From the IMG/VR virus record IMGVR_UViG_3300027971_000001: 64,000 bases of DNA, one strand, 5' to 3'. This DNA comes from a virus. Taxonomy: Duplodnaviria > Caudoviricetes. How positions within the stretch are numbered: the stretch's first letter is position 1; each line of letters begins with the position of its first letter. Under the pieces are notes generated by a model. That model saw nothing but the letters and a program-made list of their open reading frames with translations, was not told where the DNA came from and ran no database searches. The translations under genes were made by a program, and so were the position numbers. Shown here one piece after another: positions 46,468 through 55,250 of the stretch.

Positions 46468-47211
46468 TTATTTTACTTTTATTGAAGCAATTATTTTGAC
46501 AATAAATTTCAAAAGTTTGCTTCGTGTAATATCTTCTTCAGTGAAATGAAAAGCATGTATTCCGTTTTTGTTGCTTTCATCCGTATCAAAAGCCCGCATA
46601 ATTTTTTCAAAGCCGGATTTTTGAATATCAGATTGAAGGCTGTCTCCTATGATGAATAATTTACAATTTTTTCCAAAACGTGTAAGAATTGTTACCAATT
46701 CACTATGTTCTAGATTTTGTGCTTCGTCCACAATAACCACATTGTTTGTGAATGTGGCTCCTCGAAGAAAATTAACAGGTATGCTTTTTAGATAATTGCT
46801 TTCAAAAAGCATGGTTGTGATTTGTTTGCCCACAAGTTCATCGCATTTTTCTATCAAAGGAATGCTCCAAGGTTTAAATTTATCATCCACTTCACCAGGA
46901 AGACTTCCTAATTTTCTGGTGGCTGATTCCACAATGCTTCGAATATAAACAATTTCGTCTATTTTTTTTTCTTTCAGCATGGAAAGAGCAACAAAAACAG
47001 CAAGATATGTTTTGCTGCTTCCGGCTGGACCGTCACAAAAAAGGATCTGGGAATCCTCTTCCATGGCTTTTTCCACAAAAGCTTTGTGATGATCGTTAAG
47101 ATGAAACTTTTGATCGATTCTAAAATTTAAAAAAATATCAGGTCGAATAATACCATCTTCATCACGGGCAACTTTTGCAGACTTTTTAGCCTGCTTGTTC
47201 TTTTTTCCCAT
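46468..47211 (-). CDS. phoH: PhoH-family ATPase
   Basis: GPAGSSKT, GSLPG...KF.PW, FLRGATF, IVDEAQN, IGDSLQSD, DITRS; ATG 47211 lies 6 nt after TAAATA. Confidence 0.92.
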   Translation of the reverse strand: MGKKNKQAKKSAKVARDEDGIIRPDIFLNFRIDQKFHLNDHHKAFVEKAMEEDSQILFCDGPAGSSKTYLAVFVALSMLKEKKIDEIVYIRSIVESATRKLGSLPGEVDDKFKPWSIPLIEKCDELVGKQITTMLFESNYLKSIPVNFLRGATFTNNVVIVDEAQNLEHSELVTILTRFGKNCKLFIIGDSLQSDIQKSGFEKIMRAFDTDESNKNGIHAFHFTEEDITRSKLLKFIVKIIASIKVK

Positions 47212-47223
47212 CAATATTATTTA

Positions 47224-47409
47224 TCAATTTTTAACCTGTAATTGAAGTAATTCTTTTACTGCATCTTCAAAGCTTACCTGTTTTAAATTGCTTTTAGGGA
47301 TTATTTGTTCAGGAGGATCAAACTGTTGAACAATCTGAGAAAGTTGATTGAGAATTTTATTCTCAAACTGTTTTCCTTTAATATCGGGTATTTTTTCAAC
47401 CCAATCCAT
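47224..47409 (-). CDS. Small hypothetical protein
   Basis: 61 aa, coupled to upstream gene. Confidence 0.55.
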   Translation of the reverse strand: MDWVEKIPDIKGKQFENKILNQLSQIVQQFDPPEQIIPKSNLKQVSFEDAVKELLQLQVKN

Positions 47410-47730
47410 TTAATTTTCCCAGCTTGTTCCAGCAAAAGGATTGCCAAAACCACTTGTTATCTTATTTCCTACTTGTGCAGGTCTTGGACCATCTTGATTG
47501 ATCTGTTGTTGAACAGGTTTAGGTTCTTCCTTTTTCTGTTCATTCAAAAGAACTTGATTGCTTGTGGAACTTTTATTGTCATGATTTTCATAAATGATTT
47601 CACCCCCTTCATTACCTGAAACTTTGAAGATTCCCAGTTCTAAACCAAGTGAGAAGAAATCTTTTATCTTTTTAAGTGATATCTTTTTATCTTTTACTTT
47701 GTTATATATTTCATTAATTTTATATATCAT
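47410..47730 (-). CDS. Hypothetical protein
   Basis: 106 aa with Q/P-rich C-terminus. Confidence 0.55.
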   Translation of the reverse strand: MIYKINEIYNKVKDKKISLKKIKDFFSLGLELGIFKVSGNEGGEIIYENHDNKSSTSNQVLLNEQKKEEPKPVQQQINQDGPRPAQVGNKITSGFGNPFAGTSWEN

Positions 47731-47869
47731 ATAGTATATCTTATATCCTTATTATATTAATCAATATATTATCTATATTACTTTATATTAGTATTATTAA
47801 TATTATATATTATATAATGTCCTTGGATTTAACCAAGTTTATTTAATTTTTCGACAAAAAAAGTCAAGT
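47731..47869. other. Extremely AT-rich intergenic tract with repeated TATATT
   Basis: 47731-47820 has 9 G/C in 90 nt; TATATT at 47753, 47765, 47774, 47784, 47806. Confidence 0.7.
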
Positions 47870-48094
47870 TTATTTCTTGAACTGATATGTTTCAGACAGA
47901 AGTTGGTTTACAAGATCATCAAACTTAACTTCTTCTTTCATAGCTTGCTTAGTAGCAGTAGCATACATGACTTCTTTGGCACGTTTTCCATAGCGTTCTT
48001 TCATGCCCTTCAATCCTTTTTTCATACCTTTAACAATTTTTTCGCGTTTTGTTTTTTGAGCAGAAGTCATCTTTTTTTCATTAATTGTACTCAT
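47870..48094 (-). CDS. Basic small protein, probable head-internal
   Basis: KREKIVKGMKK...RYG..A..VMYATATKQAM module; INE and LSE motifs; TAAATA 5 nt upstream. Confidence 0.7.
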   Translation of the reverse strand: MSTINEKKMTSAQKTKREKIVKGMKKGLKGMKERYGKRAKEVMYATATKQAMKEEVKFDDLVNQLLSETYQFKK

Positions 48095-48098
48095 AGTT

Positions 48099-49322
48099 TT
48101 ATTTAGCTTTTTTTATCATTTTTGTATCGAAATTAACAGGATTTTGATTTGGATTATTTGCTAAAACAGCAGGGATATATGTTTTACCATTTTTTGCTTG
48201 AAATTCAGGTCCCACAATTGTATAGCTTTTACCTTTCCAAACAATTTCTCCTTTTTTAGTTTGTTCAGCATATTCAGCAGAAGATGGTTCATTTTCATCA
48301 TCCATTTTTTTAGGTTCGGCAGAATCTGTAGCTTGCCAAGTTTTTGTAGTAGGATCATATTGCAATTTTGCAGAAAATTGATCTTTTAATTTGTTTTGAT
48401 CGTCATAAACAAAAAAGTTTGCAGAAGGACTACGAAGACCAAATTTAACAAGAATCGAATTGACCTTTTCATAATCTTCAAAAGGAGGATTTACCCGTAC
48501 ATTTTTTAATTGTACAAATGATTCGCCTCCTGATTGCTTATCACCCAGTACAGATCCTGTAATAACGTGATTTGCACCTTTCTTATCATATTCAATACTG
48601 AATTGCTGACCAGTACGAGGACGATCTTTATGAAACATGCTGCTTCTTTGTTTGAAATCAAAATCACCTATGTTTGTTTTTTGAAGTGTTTTTCCAATTC
48701 GACCCATGATATTATATGCACCAGCAACTTTTTGACCAAGGGTTTTGGCATCTTTACCAAATGCCACATCCTTTCCTATGTCTGCTGCTTTGCCAAGAGT
48801 TCTGCGAACAAATCCTCCGCTTTTTGCTCCAGGAATTTTACTTGCAACAGAAGCAAGAGTATCTGTTGCTTTTTGCGCAGCTTTTCCTAAAGGTCCTTGT
48901 TCATTTAATGCGGACTCTGTATTAAAAGAACGATATGCATTTTTAATATCATCATCCGTTCCTCCATTTTGTTTGGCCAACAATTCAACTTCATCAAATG
49001 TGGAAGAATTTTGTATCTGTTGCAAAACTTGTTCAGGTACTTTGTTAAGAATCAAACGAATAAGATTACGTTTAAATTCATTAAGATTATTTGAAAGAAC
49101 ATTCAATCCTTTGGCAAAAACAGCAGTTTGACGAACCTGATTGTTAGGATCCACAACAAGAATATTCAATACACCTTCGTTCTCATTCAAAACATAACCT
49201 TCATAGCTAGTGTTTCCGTCGAAATCTTCAAGGTTACTAATGGCTGGATCAATTTTAAAACGCATGCGGCGAAGCTTCAGCTTCTCTGTAATTGTTTGCA
49301 AAATGCTATTTTCGAATTTCAC
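48099..49322 (-). CDS. Probable head-internal/ejected protein
   Basis: MKFENSILQTITE N-terminus, G/A/K-rich amphipathic middle; TAAATA 5 nt before GTG. Confidence 0.6.
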   Translation of the reverse strand: MKFENSILQTITEKLKLRRMRFKIDPAISNLEDFDGNTSYEGYVLNENEGVLNILVVDPNNQVRQTAVFAKGLNVLSNNLNEFKRNLIRLILNKVPEQVLQQIQNSSTFDEVELLAKQNGGTDDDIKNAYRSFNTESALNEQGPLGKAAQKATDTLASVASKIPGAKSGGFVRRTLGKAADIGKDVAFGKDAKTLGQKVAGAYNIMGRIGKTLQKTNIGDFDFKQRSSMFHKDRPRTGQQFSIEYDKKGANHVITGSVLGDKQSGGESFVQLKNVRVNPPFEDYEKVNSILVKFGLRSPSANFFVYDDQNKLKDQFSAKLQYDPTTKTWQATDSAEPKKMDDENEPSSAEYAEQTKKGEIVWKGKSYTIVGPEFQAKNGKTYIPAVLANNPNQNPVNFDTKMIKKAK

Positions 49323-49365
49323 AATATTATTTAGTAAATATTTATGTGCTTATGGGATACAAAAT

Positions 49366-50151
49366 TTAAGCAATGTCCCGACCAACAGTATTTCCACCAC
49401 CAACATTAGCCGGAGGTGTAGCAACATAATTCAAACTAGGCTTTTCGCTAAATTGACCTTTCTTTTCATTATAAGCAGGCAATACATATTCTTTGTTCAC
49501 ATCAATAACAATACCTAATTGTGAAATAAATTTTTTACCAATAAGAACAGGTTGATCGTTTTGTGTTCTGTCTCCTATGCTGAAAGGAACCATCTTGTAT
49601 AAGACACCCCCAAAAACGATGTCTAATGCCACTAGGGGACGTTTTTCCTGCTCACCCGCCCCGATATGTATGCTGACCATGTCCAGAAGAGGTCTGGTCA
49701 GTTCTACATCATTTACACTTGTGAATTTTGCGTACTTATAGCCATTCTTTTCAATGATCTCAGCATTTACACCGCAAAGCACATTGTTGCTGTCGTTTCC
49801 GCTATCGATTTTGGCATCTACGTTTCCCAGACCATCAATATAAACCTTTTCAACTAAACCTATGGTTTGATATTGAAATTTTTCAAAAAAGAAACGAAAA
49901 GGTTTGAAGCTTTCCTTATTCAATTGAATTTCTGTTTTTTCCAGCTTGTCACCTTTGTTCCAATTTTTACCACCATTGGTGGCTTTATATTCAACTTTAT
50001 TACCAACAATATTTCCTTTTTTACCTTTTATTTTGGTAACTTTGGTAACCTTTCCCTTGCTCTTGTAATGCTTGCAGCTTGGATTGGTATTTTTGATAGT
50101 ATCACCCTTATGCAGTTCATTAGGAGCCAGCTTGCAAATACCTTTCTTCAT
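49366..50151 (-). CDS. Basic N-terminal module + retropepsin-like aspartic protease (RimK-associated type)
   Basis: AKIDSG catalytic motif, EKRPLV, FSIGDR...PVLIGK; internal NKESFKPFRFFFE linker. Confidence 0.8.
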   Translation of the reverse strand: MKKGICKLAPNELHKGDTIKNTNPSCKHYKSKGKVTKVTKIKGKKGNIVGNKVEYKATNGGKNWNKGDKLEKTEIQLNKESFKPFRFFFEKFQYQTIGLVEKVYIDGLGNVDAKIDSGNDSNNVLCGVNAEIIEKNGYKYAKFTSVNDVELTRPLLDMVSIHIGAGEQEKRPLVALDIVFGGVLYKMVPFSIGDRTQNDQPVLIGKKFISQLGIVIDVNKEYVLPAYNEKKGQFSEKPSLNYVATPPANVGGGNTVGRDIA

Positions 50152-50163
50152 AAAGATATTTAA

Positions 50164-50412
50164 TTATTTGGTAGGTGCGCCTTTTTTCCAGCTAATGCGT
50201 TTGCCACTCTTTTTAAGCCGCTTACGGCTGCTGCACATGCTTTTGGTAGGACGACAAGCAGGATAACCTTTACGTTTTTCACCCTTTTGACGACCACAAG
50301 GCTTTCCAGTTTTACAATCTATCCATCCTTTGCCTTTGTTGTGACCAAACCAGTCTCGAAGAGATTCTTCCTTTATGATCTCAAGTATTCGATTGTCAAA
50401 CAAAGTGGTCAT
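50164..50412 (-). CDS. Basic Cys-containing small protein, probable head-internal
   Basis: LRDWF...WIDC.TGKPCGR...YPACRP module. Confidence 0.7.
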   Translation of the reverse strand: MTTLFDNRILEIIKEESLRDWFGHNKGKGWIDCKTGKPCGRQKGEKRKGYPACRPTKSMCSSRKRLKKSGKRISWKKGAPTK

Positions 50413-50594
50413 TTCTTTTTGGATTTACCCCAGTTTTTTGATCCTACTTTTCTACATTTACTCAAAGCTCCACTGGCATATGCGCTAGGCCAAACTTTAT
50501 AACGACGTTTAACTTTGTGATAACAAGCATCTCGTTTGGCTTTTTTCTTGGTGGCTTCTTCAAGAAGCTGACTTACTAGATCGTTGAAATTCAT
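50409..50594 (-). CDS. Basic small protein, probable head-internal
   Basis: MNFNDLVSQLLEE, then DACYHKVK.RYKVWPSAYASGAL.KCRK.G..NWG. Confidence 0.7.
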   Translation of the reverse strand: MNFNDLVSQLLEEATKKKAKRDACYHKVKRRYKVWPSAYASGALSKCRKVGSKNWGKSKKK

Positions 50595-50599
50595 TATGT

Positions 50600-51757
50600 T
50601 CACCAATTTTTACAACTAAAGTATTTGGCTGTACCTGGTTTTGCGCTGGAACATTTGTGTCTGGCACGAAAACTTTTTCGTTTTTTTGGATTGCTTTTTT
50701 TGATGCGCAATTTAGGATCACCATAATGAACCCTCTTTAATTTTCCATCAACCCGTGTACAACGCATATATTTTTTGTCAGAACGTGTAGATTGTTGTTG
50801 GCCAGTAACCTTGGTGCATCTTGCACCTTTCTTTTCCATAACAACACCTTCTTTTATTTCTTCGTTGTCTTCGTTCCCACCGTAATATCCATAATCTTCA
50901 TCTGTACCAAGACCTGCACTGGCAAGAGCTTCTGCATCATCACTCATATCATCAGAACCTCTTGGTTCAGAATCTTCAGACCGATCTTCTTCTTTTTTAA
51001 GATTTTCAAGATAATCGGATATGGTAGTAATATAATCATCAGCAAGAGTTATTTTGCTTTGAACCCAACCTTCAAATTGATCGTTGTTTTGAATCATTCC
51101 TATCATATGATCAATTTTATCCCGCATGCTCTTTAATTGATAAAGTGCCATTCTTCCTTCATCATCACCTTCAGGAGAATGATTTTCATTCAAATTGCTC
51201 ATGATTTTGTCAAAAGCATTACTGAAACTGCTTTCTTCTCTCATGCTTTCGGGATCACTTTCAATATCATGTGGCTCATCTTCAAATTGATTAACTTCTT
51301 TTTCGGCACGATATGCCAGTTTAAACGCTTCAGGACCAATAGCGTTTTTTATAAATTGTAATACTTCGCTATCTCCCCGAAATTTATAAGGAAATAGATT
51401 TCTGGTTTGAAGAAGCAAATTGATTAAATCGGGTTGGGCATCTATTATTTTTGTCTTTTCCTGATTATTTTTTTCTAAATCTTTTATTGCTTGTTTTGCT
51501 TTATCCAAAGCAGCTTTTGGACTCATAGATACAGCAGTGCCTGATTCTTCGCCTTCATTTGGAGCATATTCATATCCTTCAGGAATGCTGTCCAAAGTCT
51601 TTTTGATTACATGAGGTCTGAAAACAGAAAGCAATTGACTGTAATTTTCGAAAATATATGCAAGAGATGGCTTTTTCTTATGCTCTTTAACGATATCTTT
51701 TAAAATAATATCCAGATCATTTTCATCCATATCATATTCTACATTAATGTTTTTCAT
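50600..51757 (-). CDS. Modular acidic/basic protein with C-terminal DUF6321-like module
   Basis: EGWVQSKITLADDYI module and HYGDP...KSNPKKRKSFRARHKC...KYFSC..W module separated by acidic linkers. Confidence 0.7.
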   Translation of the reverse strand: MKNINVEYDMDENDLDIILKDIVKEHKKKPSLAYIFENYSQLLSVFRPHVIKKTLDSIPEGYEYAPNEGEESGTAVSMSPKAALDKAKQAIKDLEKNNQEKTKIIDAQPDLINLLLQTRNLFPYKFRGDSEVLQFIKNAIGPEAFKLAYRAEKEVNQFEDEPHDIESDPESMREESSFSNAFDKIMSNLNENHSPEGDDEGRMALYQLKSMRDKIDHMIGMIQNNDQFEGWVQSKITLADDYITTISDYLENLKKEEDRSEDSEPRGSDDMSDDAEALASAGLGTDEDYGYYGGNEDNEEIKEGVVMEKKGARCTKVTGQQQSTRSDKKYMRCTRVDGKLKRVHYGDPKLRIKKSNPKKRKSFRARHKCSSAKPGTAKYFSCKNW

Positions 51758-52923
51758 ATATTTGTGTTTTTTTGCTCCACATAGTTATTTATATATTCTA
51801 TAAGGGTTTTTGCAGTATCTTTAATAACATTAAAATTGCTGGTTATATGTTCCGGATCAATCTGCCAAAGAGCCAAATACTTCTCAGTATGAGGTGCCGG
51901 AATATCATATTCACTCAGAACAAAATTAGCTACTCCTTCTGCCTGAAGCTCCCGGATTTTTCTTTCTGGGACATTATCCCGATCTTTCCAGTGTAGCATT
52001 TCATGAGCAACTTCATGAACTAGTGTGCTTAGACTTTCACTAACAAGTTCAATTGTTCCACCTTTACTAACACCACGAGCACCGCCTAACTCATCTTCGC
52101 TTTTTATATCTACAACAATATTATTGTCTTTGGCATATTGTTTTACAGCTTCGAATATGGTTTTCATGCGCTCATCCAAAGGAGCATCATCAAACCATTG
52201 AATTTCTTCAGGTATTTCCTTTTCTCTTCCAGGAATAGGTTCAGTTTGGGAAATATCAAATACAGGAACCAAACGAAAACGCATGATTTTTGAAGATTCG
52301 CCACTAGTGGGATCCACTCCTACTGTCACATCTGCATCTTTTTGTTTCACCATGATTGGTGCATAAATCAGAATGGATTTTTCTCCTGGTTTAATTTTCC
52401 GACCAAACTGACGAAACCACATATTCTTTCCTCCTACTCGGGAAGCATTTCTTCTTTGAAGAAAGATAAGAATTTGATTGTTGAAAGAATAGTTCCTAAA
52501 ACGCTTTTGGAATTGAACATATTCTTGATATTCTTTGCTATTTTTAACATTTAGAACACCGCTTTTTAAAAGTTCCACAAATTTTTTGAATCGATCTTCC
52601 AAATTTTCACCGCCAAATTCAGAAACGGTTGTGTCAGAAGATTCTTCTTTATTGAATTCGTTTAGTTTCTTGATTGTATTTTTTACAAAATCATTAGATT
52701 GAGTTTCATCTAAAGGAGATGTTTCCCATCGACGTTCCAATGCATTCCATTTAAATCCTAACGTTTTGATAAAGTCTTTATTTTTAAAAGTTTCATTGCC
52801 TGCTTCTTTAGGATCTGCAAGATCACTACTTGCTATAAAAATAGTCTTTCCTTCAGGACCTGGTCTTTTTTTCAAAATAAGTTTTTCACTTAAAAGACTT
52901 TTTATATTTTTAAAAGATATCAT
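51754..52923 (-). CDS. ArdC-like anti-restriction protein (ssDNA-binding domain + HExxH domain)
   Basis: YSFNNQILI.LQ, W...GRK.KPGEK.I.I.AP, VPVFDISQT, HEVAH, ELQAEGVA; N-terminal KDFIKTLGFKW module. Confidence 0.85.
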   Translation of the reverse strand: MISFKNIKSLLSEKLILKKRPGPEGKTIFIASSDLADPKEAGNETFKNKDFIKTLGFKWNALERRWETSPLDETQSNDFVKNTIKKLNEFNKEESSDTTVSEFGGENLEDRFKKFVELLKSGVLNVKNSKEYQEYVQFQKRFRNYSFNNQILIFLQRRNASRVGGKNMWFRQFGRKIKPGEKSILIYAPIMVKQKDADVTVGVDPTSGESSKIMRFRLVPVFDISQTEPIPGREKEIPEEIQWFDDAPLDERMKTIFEAVKQYAKDNNIVVDIKSEDELGGARGVSKGGTIELVSESLSTLVHEVAHEMLHWKDRDNVPERKIRELQAEGVANFVLSEYDIPAPHTEKYLALWQIDPEHITSNFNVIKDTAKTLIEYINNYVEQKNTNI

Positions 52924-52930
52924 GTTTTAT

Positions 52931-52942
52931 TAAATATTTATA
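52931..52942. promoter_or_regulatory. Palindromic bidirectional late promoter TAAATATTTA
   Basis: Palindrome 52931-52940 serves minus ATG 52923 (TATAAATA 52935-52942) and plus ATG 52942; same palindrome at 49335-49344. Confidence 0.6.
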
Positions 52943-53166
52943 TGGGAATGAGCAATGATCTTAAGAAATTAGGTGATCTTTATTGTGAAAATCTAGGTCT
53001 AGGACCTCAAGCCAACAGTGCTTTGAATCCAGCTGCCGACATGCCAACAGTGGTTAAAAACGATCCAGAGAAGGTTTTAAACGAGTTTTTGACGTTTTTA
53101 AGAGGTATACAAGGACCAGATATTCGTAAAAAGGTAGTTTTACGTGTTTTGGAAACTATTCTTTAA
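52942..53166 (+). CDS. Small protein, probable head-internal
   Basis: MSNDLKKLGDLYCE N-terminus. Confidence 0.55.
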   Translation: MGMSNDLKKLGDLYCENLGLGPQANSALNPAADMPTVVKNDPEKVLNEFLTFLRGIQGPDIRKKVVLRVLETIL

Positions 53167-53620
53167 GACGATAAAATTTTATACAAGTTACGTGTCCAGT
53201 TTGGTCAACAATGCTACCTCTAAAAACTTCTAGTTTATTATTTTTTCTTAAAACATCTAAAGCACGTCGAGTAGTTTCTTGATTAGTTTTCATTTCTCTA
53301 CAAAGCTGAATGATTGTTTTCCAATCTTTACCTTCAGGAAGTTTTTCACGGCTTTTAGCATAATCATAGTAAAGATTTTGCCAATTTTTTTTAAGTGGGT
53401 TATAGAAAATTTTACTGGTAATAGATTTCCTACATGTTAATGATGTTCCTACACTTTTTTTAATTTTTTCTGTTTCTTCACACCATTTTAAAAATTTAAG
53501 AGACGTATTTCCACTGCATTTGATAATGTCCATGATTTCCAATCTGGTATTCCAATTACCAGATGGTCTGAGTTCTTTTTTTCTTACTATGGATTCTAAC
53601 TGTTTAACCCATTTAGACAT
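53156..53620 (-). CDS. Tandem winged-HTH-like repeat protein
   Basis: Two ~60-aa repeats of P.G..W.T..(E/Q)...G.......FY. Confidence 0.6.
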   Translation of the reverse strand: MSKWVKQLESIVRKKELRPSGNWNTRLEIMDIIKCSGNTSLKFLKWCEETEKIKKSVGTSLTCRKSITSKIFYNPLKKNWQNLYYDYAKSREKLPEGKDWKTIIQLCREMKTNQETTRRALDVLRKNNKLEVFRGSIVDQTGHVTCIKFYRLKE

Positions 53621-54150
53621 AATTTATACCAGATTTTACGAGTTAAAAATTTTCTTTTGCTATCGTATTTGTATCCGTCAAAAATTTGAACTTGTTTGTT
53701 TAATTTATTTTCCCTAATAAGTCTTAAAATTTTTGTTCTGGCTAAACCTGTTTTTTGTGACAATTCACCTACAGTAAACCAATTTTTACCATTAGGAATT
53801 CTTTGTCTTTTGATTTTATACGAATTATTTTTAAAAATATTTTTCCAAGTATCATTTTTTAAACGATACCAGACAGCTTTTTTAATATATCCATTTTCAG
53901 ATCTTTCATTACCAACAAACATTTCGCATTGTTTTTTCTGAATCATTTCAGAAATCACAAGACGAACCACATGTAGCGATTTGTTGGTAGCCCTATGAAT
54001 TTGATTTATATTCATCCAACCCAGACCATTTGGAAGATTTTCGTCTTTACGCATTTCTTGAAAAAGAAACTTAGCCCAATCATCTTTTTGAAGATTTTTT
54101 ATTTTGAACTTCTTGTTACTCATAACCCGATAATATCGGATACAAAACAA
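53596..54150 (-). CDS. Tandem winged-HTH-like repeat protein (paralogue of 53156-53620)
   Basis: LPNGLGW...F.G...WYRLK and IPNGKNW...FDG...WYKL repeats. Confidence 0.6.
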   Translation of the reverse strand: MFCIRYYRVMSNKKFKIKNLQKDDWAKFLFQEMRKDENLPNGLGWMNINQIHRATNKSLHVVRLVISEMIQKKQCEMFVGNERSENGYIKKAVWYRLKNDTWKNIFKNNSYKIKRQRIPNGKNWFTVGELSQKTGLARTKILRLIRENKLNKQVQIFDGYKYDSKRKFLTRKIWYKLCLNGLNS

Positions 54151-54153
54151 TTG

Positions 54154-54903
54154 TCAACTATATACTTTTATATTTGTAGGAATGATATATTTGCGATTAC
54201 GCTCTTTTGCCTGATAAACTTCATGGGTTCCATCACCATGAATAAGACCAAATGCCCATCCATGTTGCCATCTTAAACGACGCATTTGATTCCTATTGTA
54301 ACTTGGATTCAGATTGCTAAGACAACCTATATTCCAACATTCTCGAACATCAATACTCACACTTCTGAAATAATCGATTGCATGTGTGTGACCGAATAAA
54401 ACATTTCCGTATGTGTCTGCATGTTGTTTTGAACCATGAATATTGTGTCCATAACCGTGAACAAATGAAAGGGATCCACATTTGTAGACACCTTGTTTGG
54501 AATCATAAGGAAACATTTGAACACGATATTTCTTAACAAGATCCTCAATTTCTTCTGTTCCTTGTGATGCATAATCCCTTTTCAAGCCACTTCCTGCATT
54601 ACTTAAAAGATCATAAATTCTTTCATCGTGATTTCCTCGTAGAAATACGCGCTCTTGACCGAATGAAAAAAACTTTTTGAAGAAATCTTTTCCAGCATCC
54701 CAATCTTCTGTCATGCTTTGACTTTCTTCATAATCAGCACTCGCATTTTTTCTAATGGCACGAAAATCCCATACGTCACCGATACAAACCGTAAGATCCG
54801 GTTTATAATCGCGCATAAAATTATACAAACATTTTAATGCAACTGGGTCTGACTCATCTCCGTGTATATCTCCCGCTGCAACAAACTTAATAGGTTTGGC
54901 CAT
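54154..54903 (-). CDS. Calcineurin-like metallophosphoesterase
   Basis: GDIHG, GDVWD, GNHDER, VHG, GHTH. Confidence 0.9.
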   Translation of the reverse strand: MAKPIKFVAAGDIHGDESDPVALKCLYNFMRDYKPDLTVCIGDVWDFRAIRKNASADYEESQSMTEDWDAGKDFFKKFFSFGQERVFLRGNHDERIYDLLSNAGSGLKRDYASQGTEEIEDLVKKYRVQMFPYDSKQGVYKCGSLSFVHGYGHNIHGSKQHADTYGNVLFGHTHAIDYFRSVSIDVRECWNIGCLSNLNPSYNRNQMRRLRWQHGWAFGLIHGDGTHEVYQAKERNRKYIIPTNIKVYS

Positions 54904-54936
54904 AAATTTATATTACATGTAAAAGCGTAATTTCAA
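54904..54936 (-). promoter_or_regulatory. Sigma70-like promoter abutting start codon
   Basis: TTGAAA(54931-54936)-N15-TAATAT(54910-54915)-N6-ATG(54903). Confidence 0.65.
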
Positions 54937-55250
54937 GCAGTAGTTTCAGGAATATATTTATTAAGGATTGGTAAAATTTTATTTTCTAAATTATTAAATG
55001 CATTTTTTGCATCAATTGTTAAATTGATCAAATCAGCTTTTTCACGATCATCTAATTTATCAATCAAAAGAGCTTTGCGAATCAGATCTACCAGATATTG
55101 AACACCTTGCGTTTCAAGCTGTGGATTTTCCCCTGAAGTTTCTTCAGGAGCAGCAGCTTCTGGTGTTTCTGTTTCAGGAGCATCCAAAACAGCAGGAGGA
55201 GCTTCGCTTAAAAGAGAATATTTATTTTTTAAAATTTGTTCGAATTTCAT
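54933..55250 (-). CDS. Probable head-internal protein
   Basis: MKFEQILKNKYSLLSE then PETETPEAAAPEE. Confidence 0.6.
   Translation of the reverse strand: MKFEQILKNKYSLLSEAPPAVLDAPETETPEAAAPEETSGENPQLETQGVQYLVDLIRKALLIDKLDDREKADLINLTIDAKNAFNNLENKILPILNKYIPETTA

Noticed and set aside
47822-47837. Intrinsic terminator hairpin CTTGG-N6-CCAAG
   Set aside because: Only a 5-bp stem; too weak to call.
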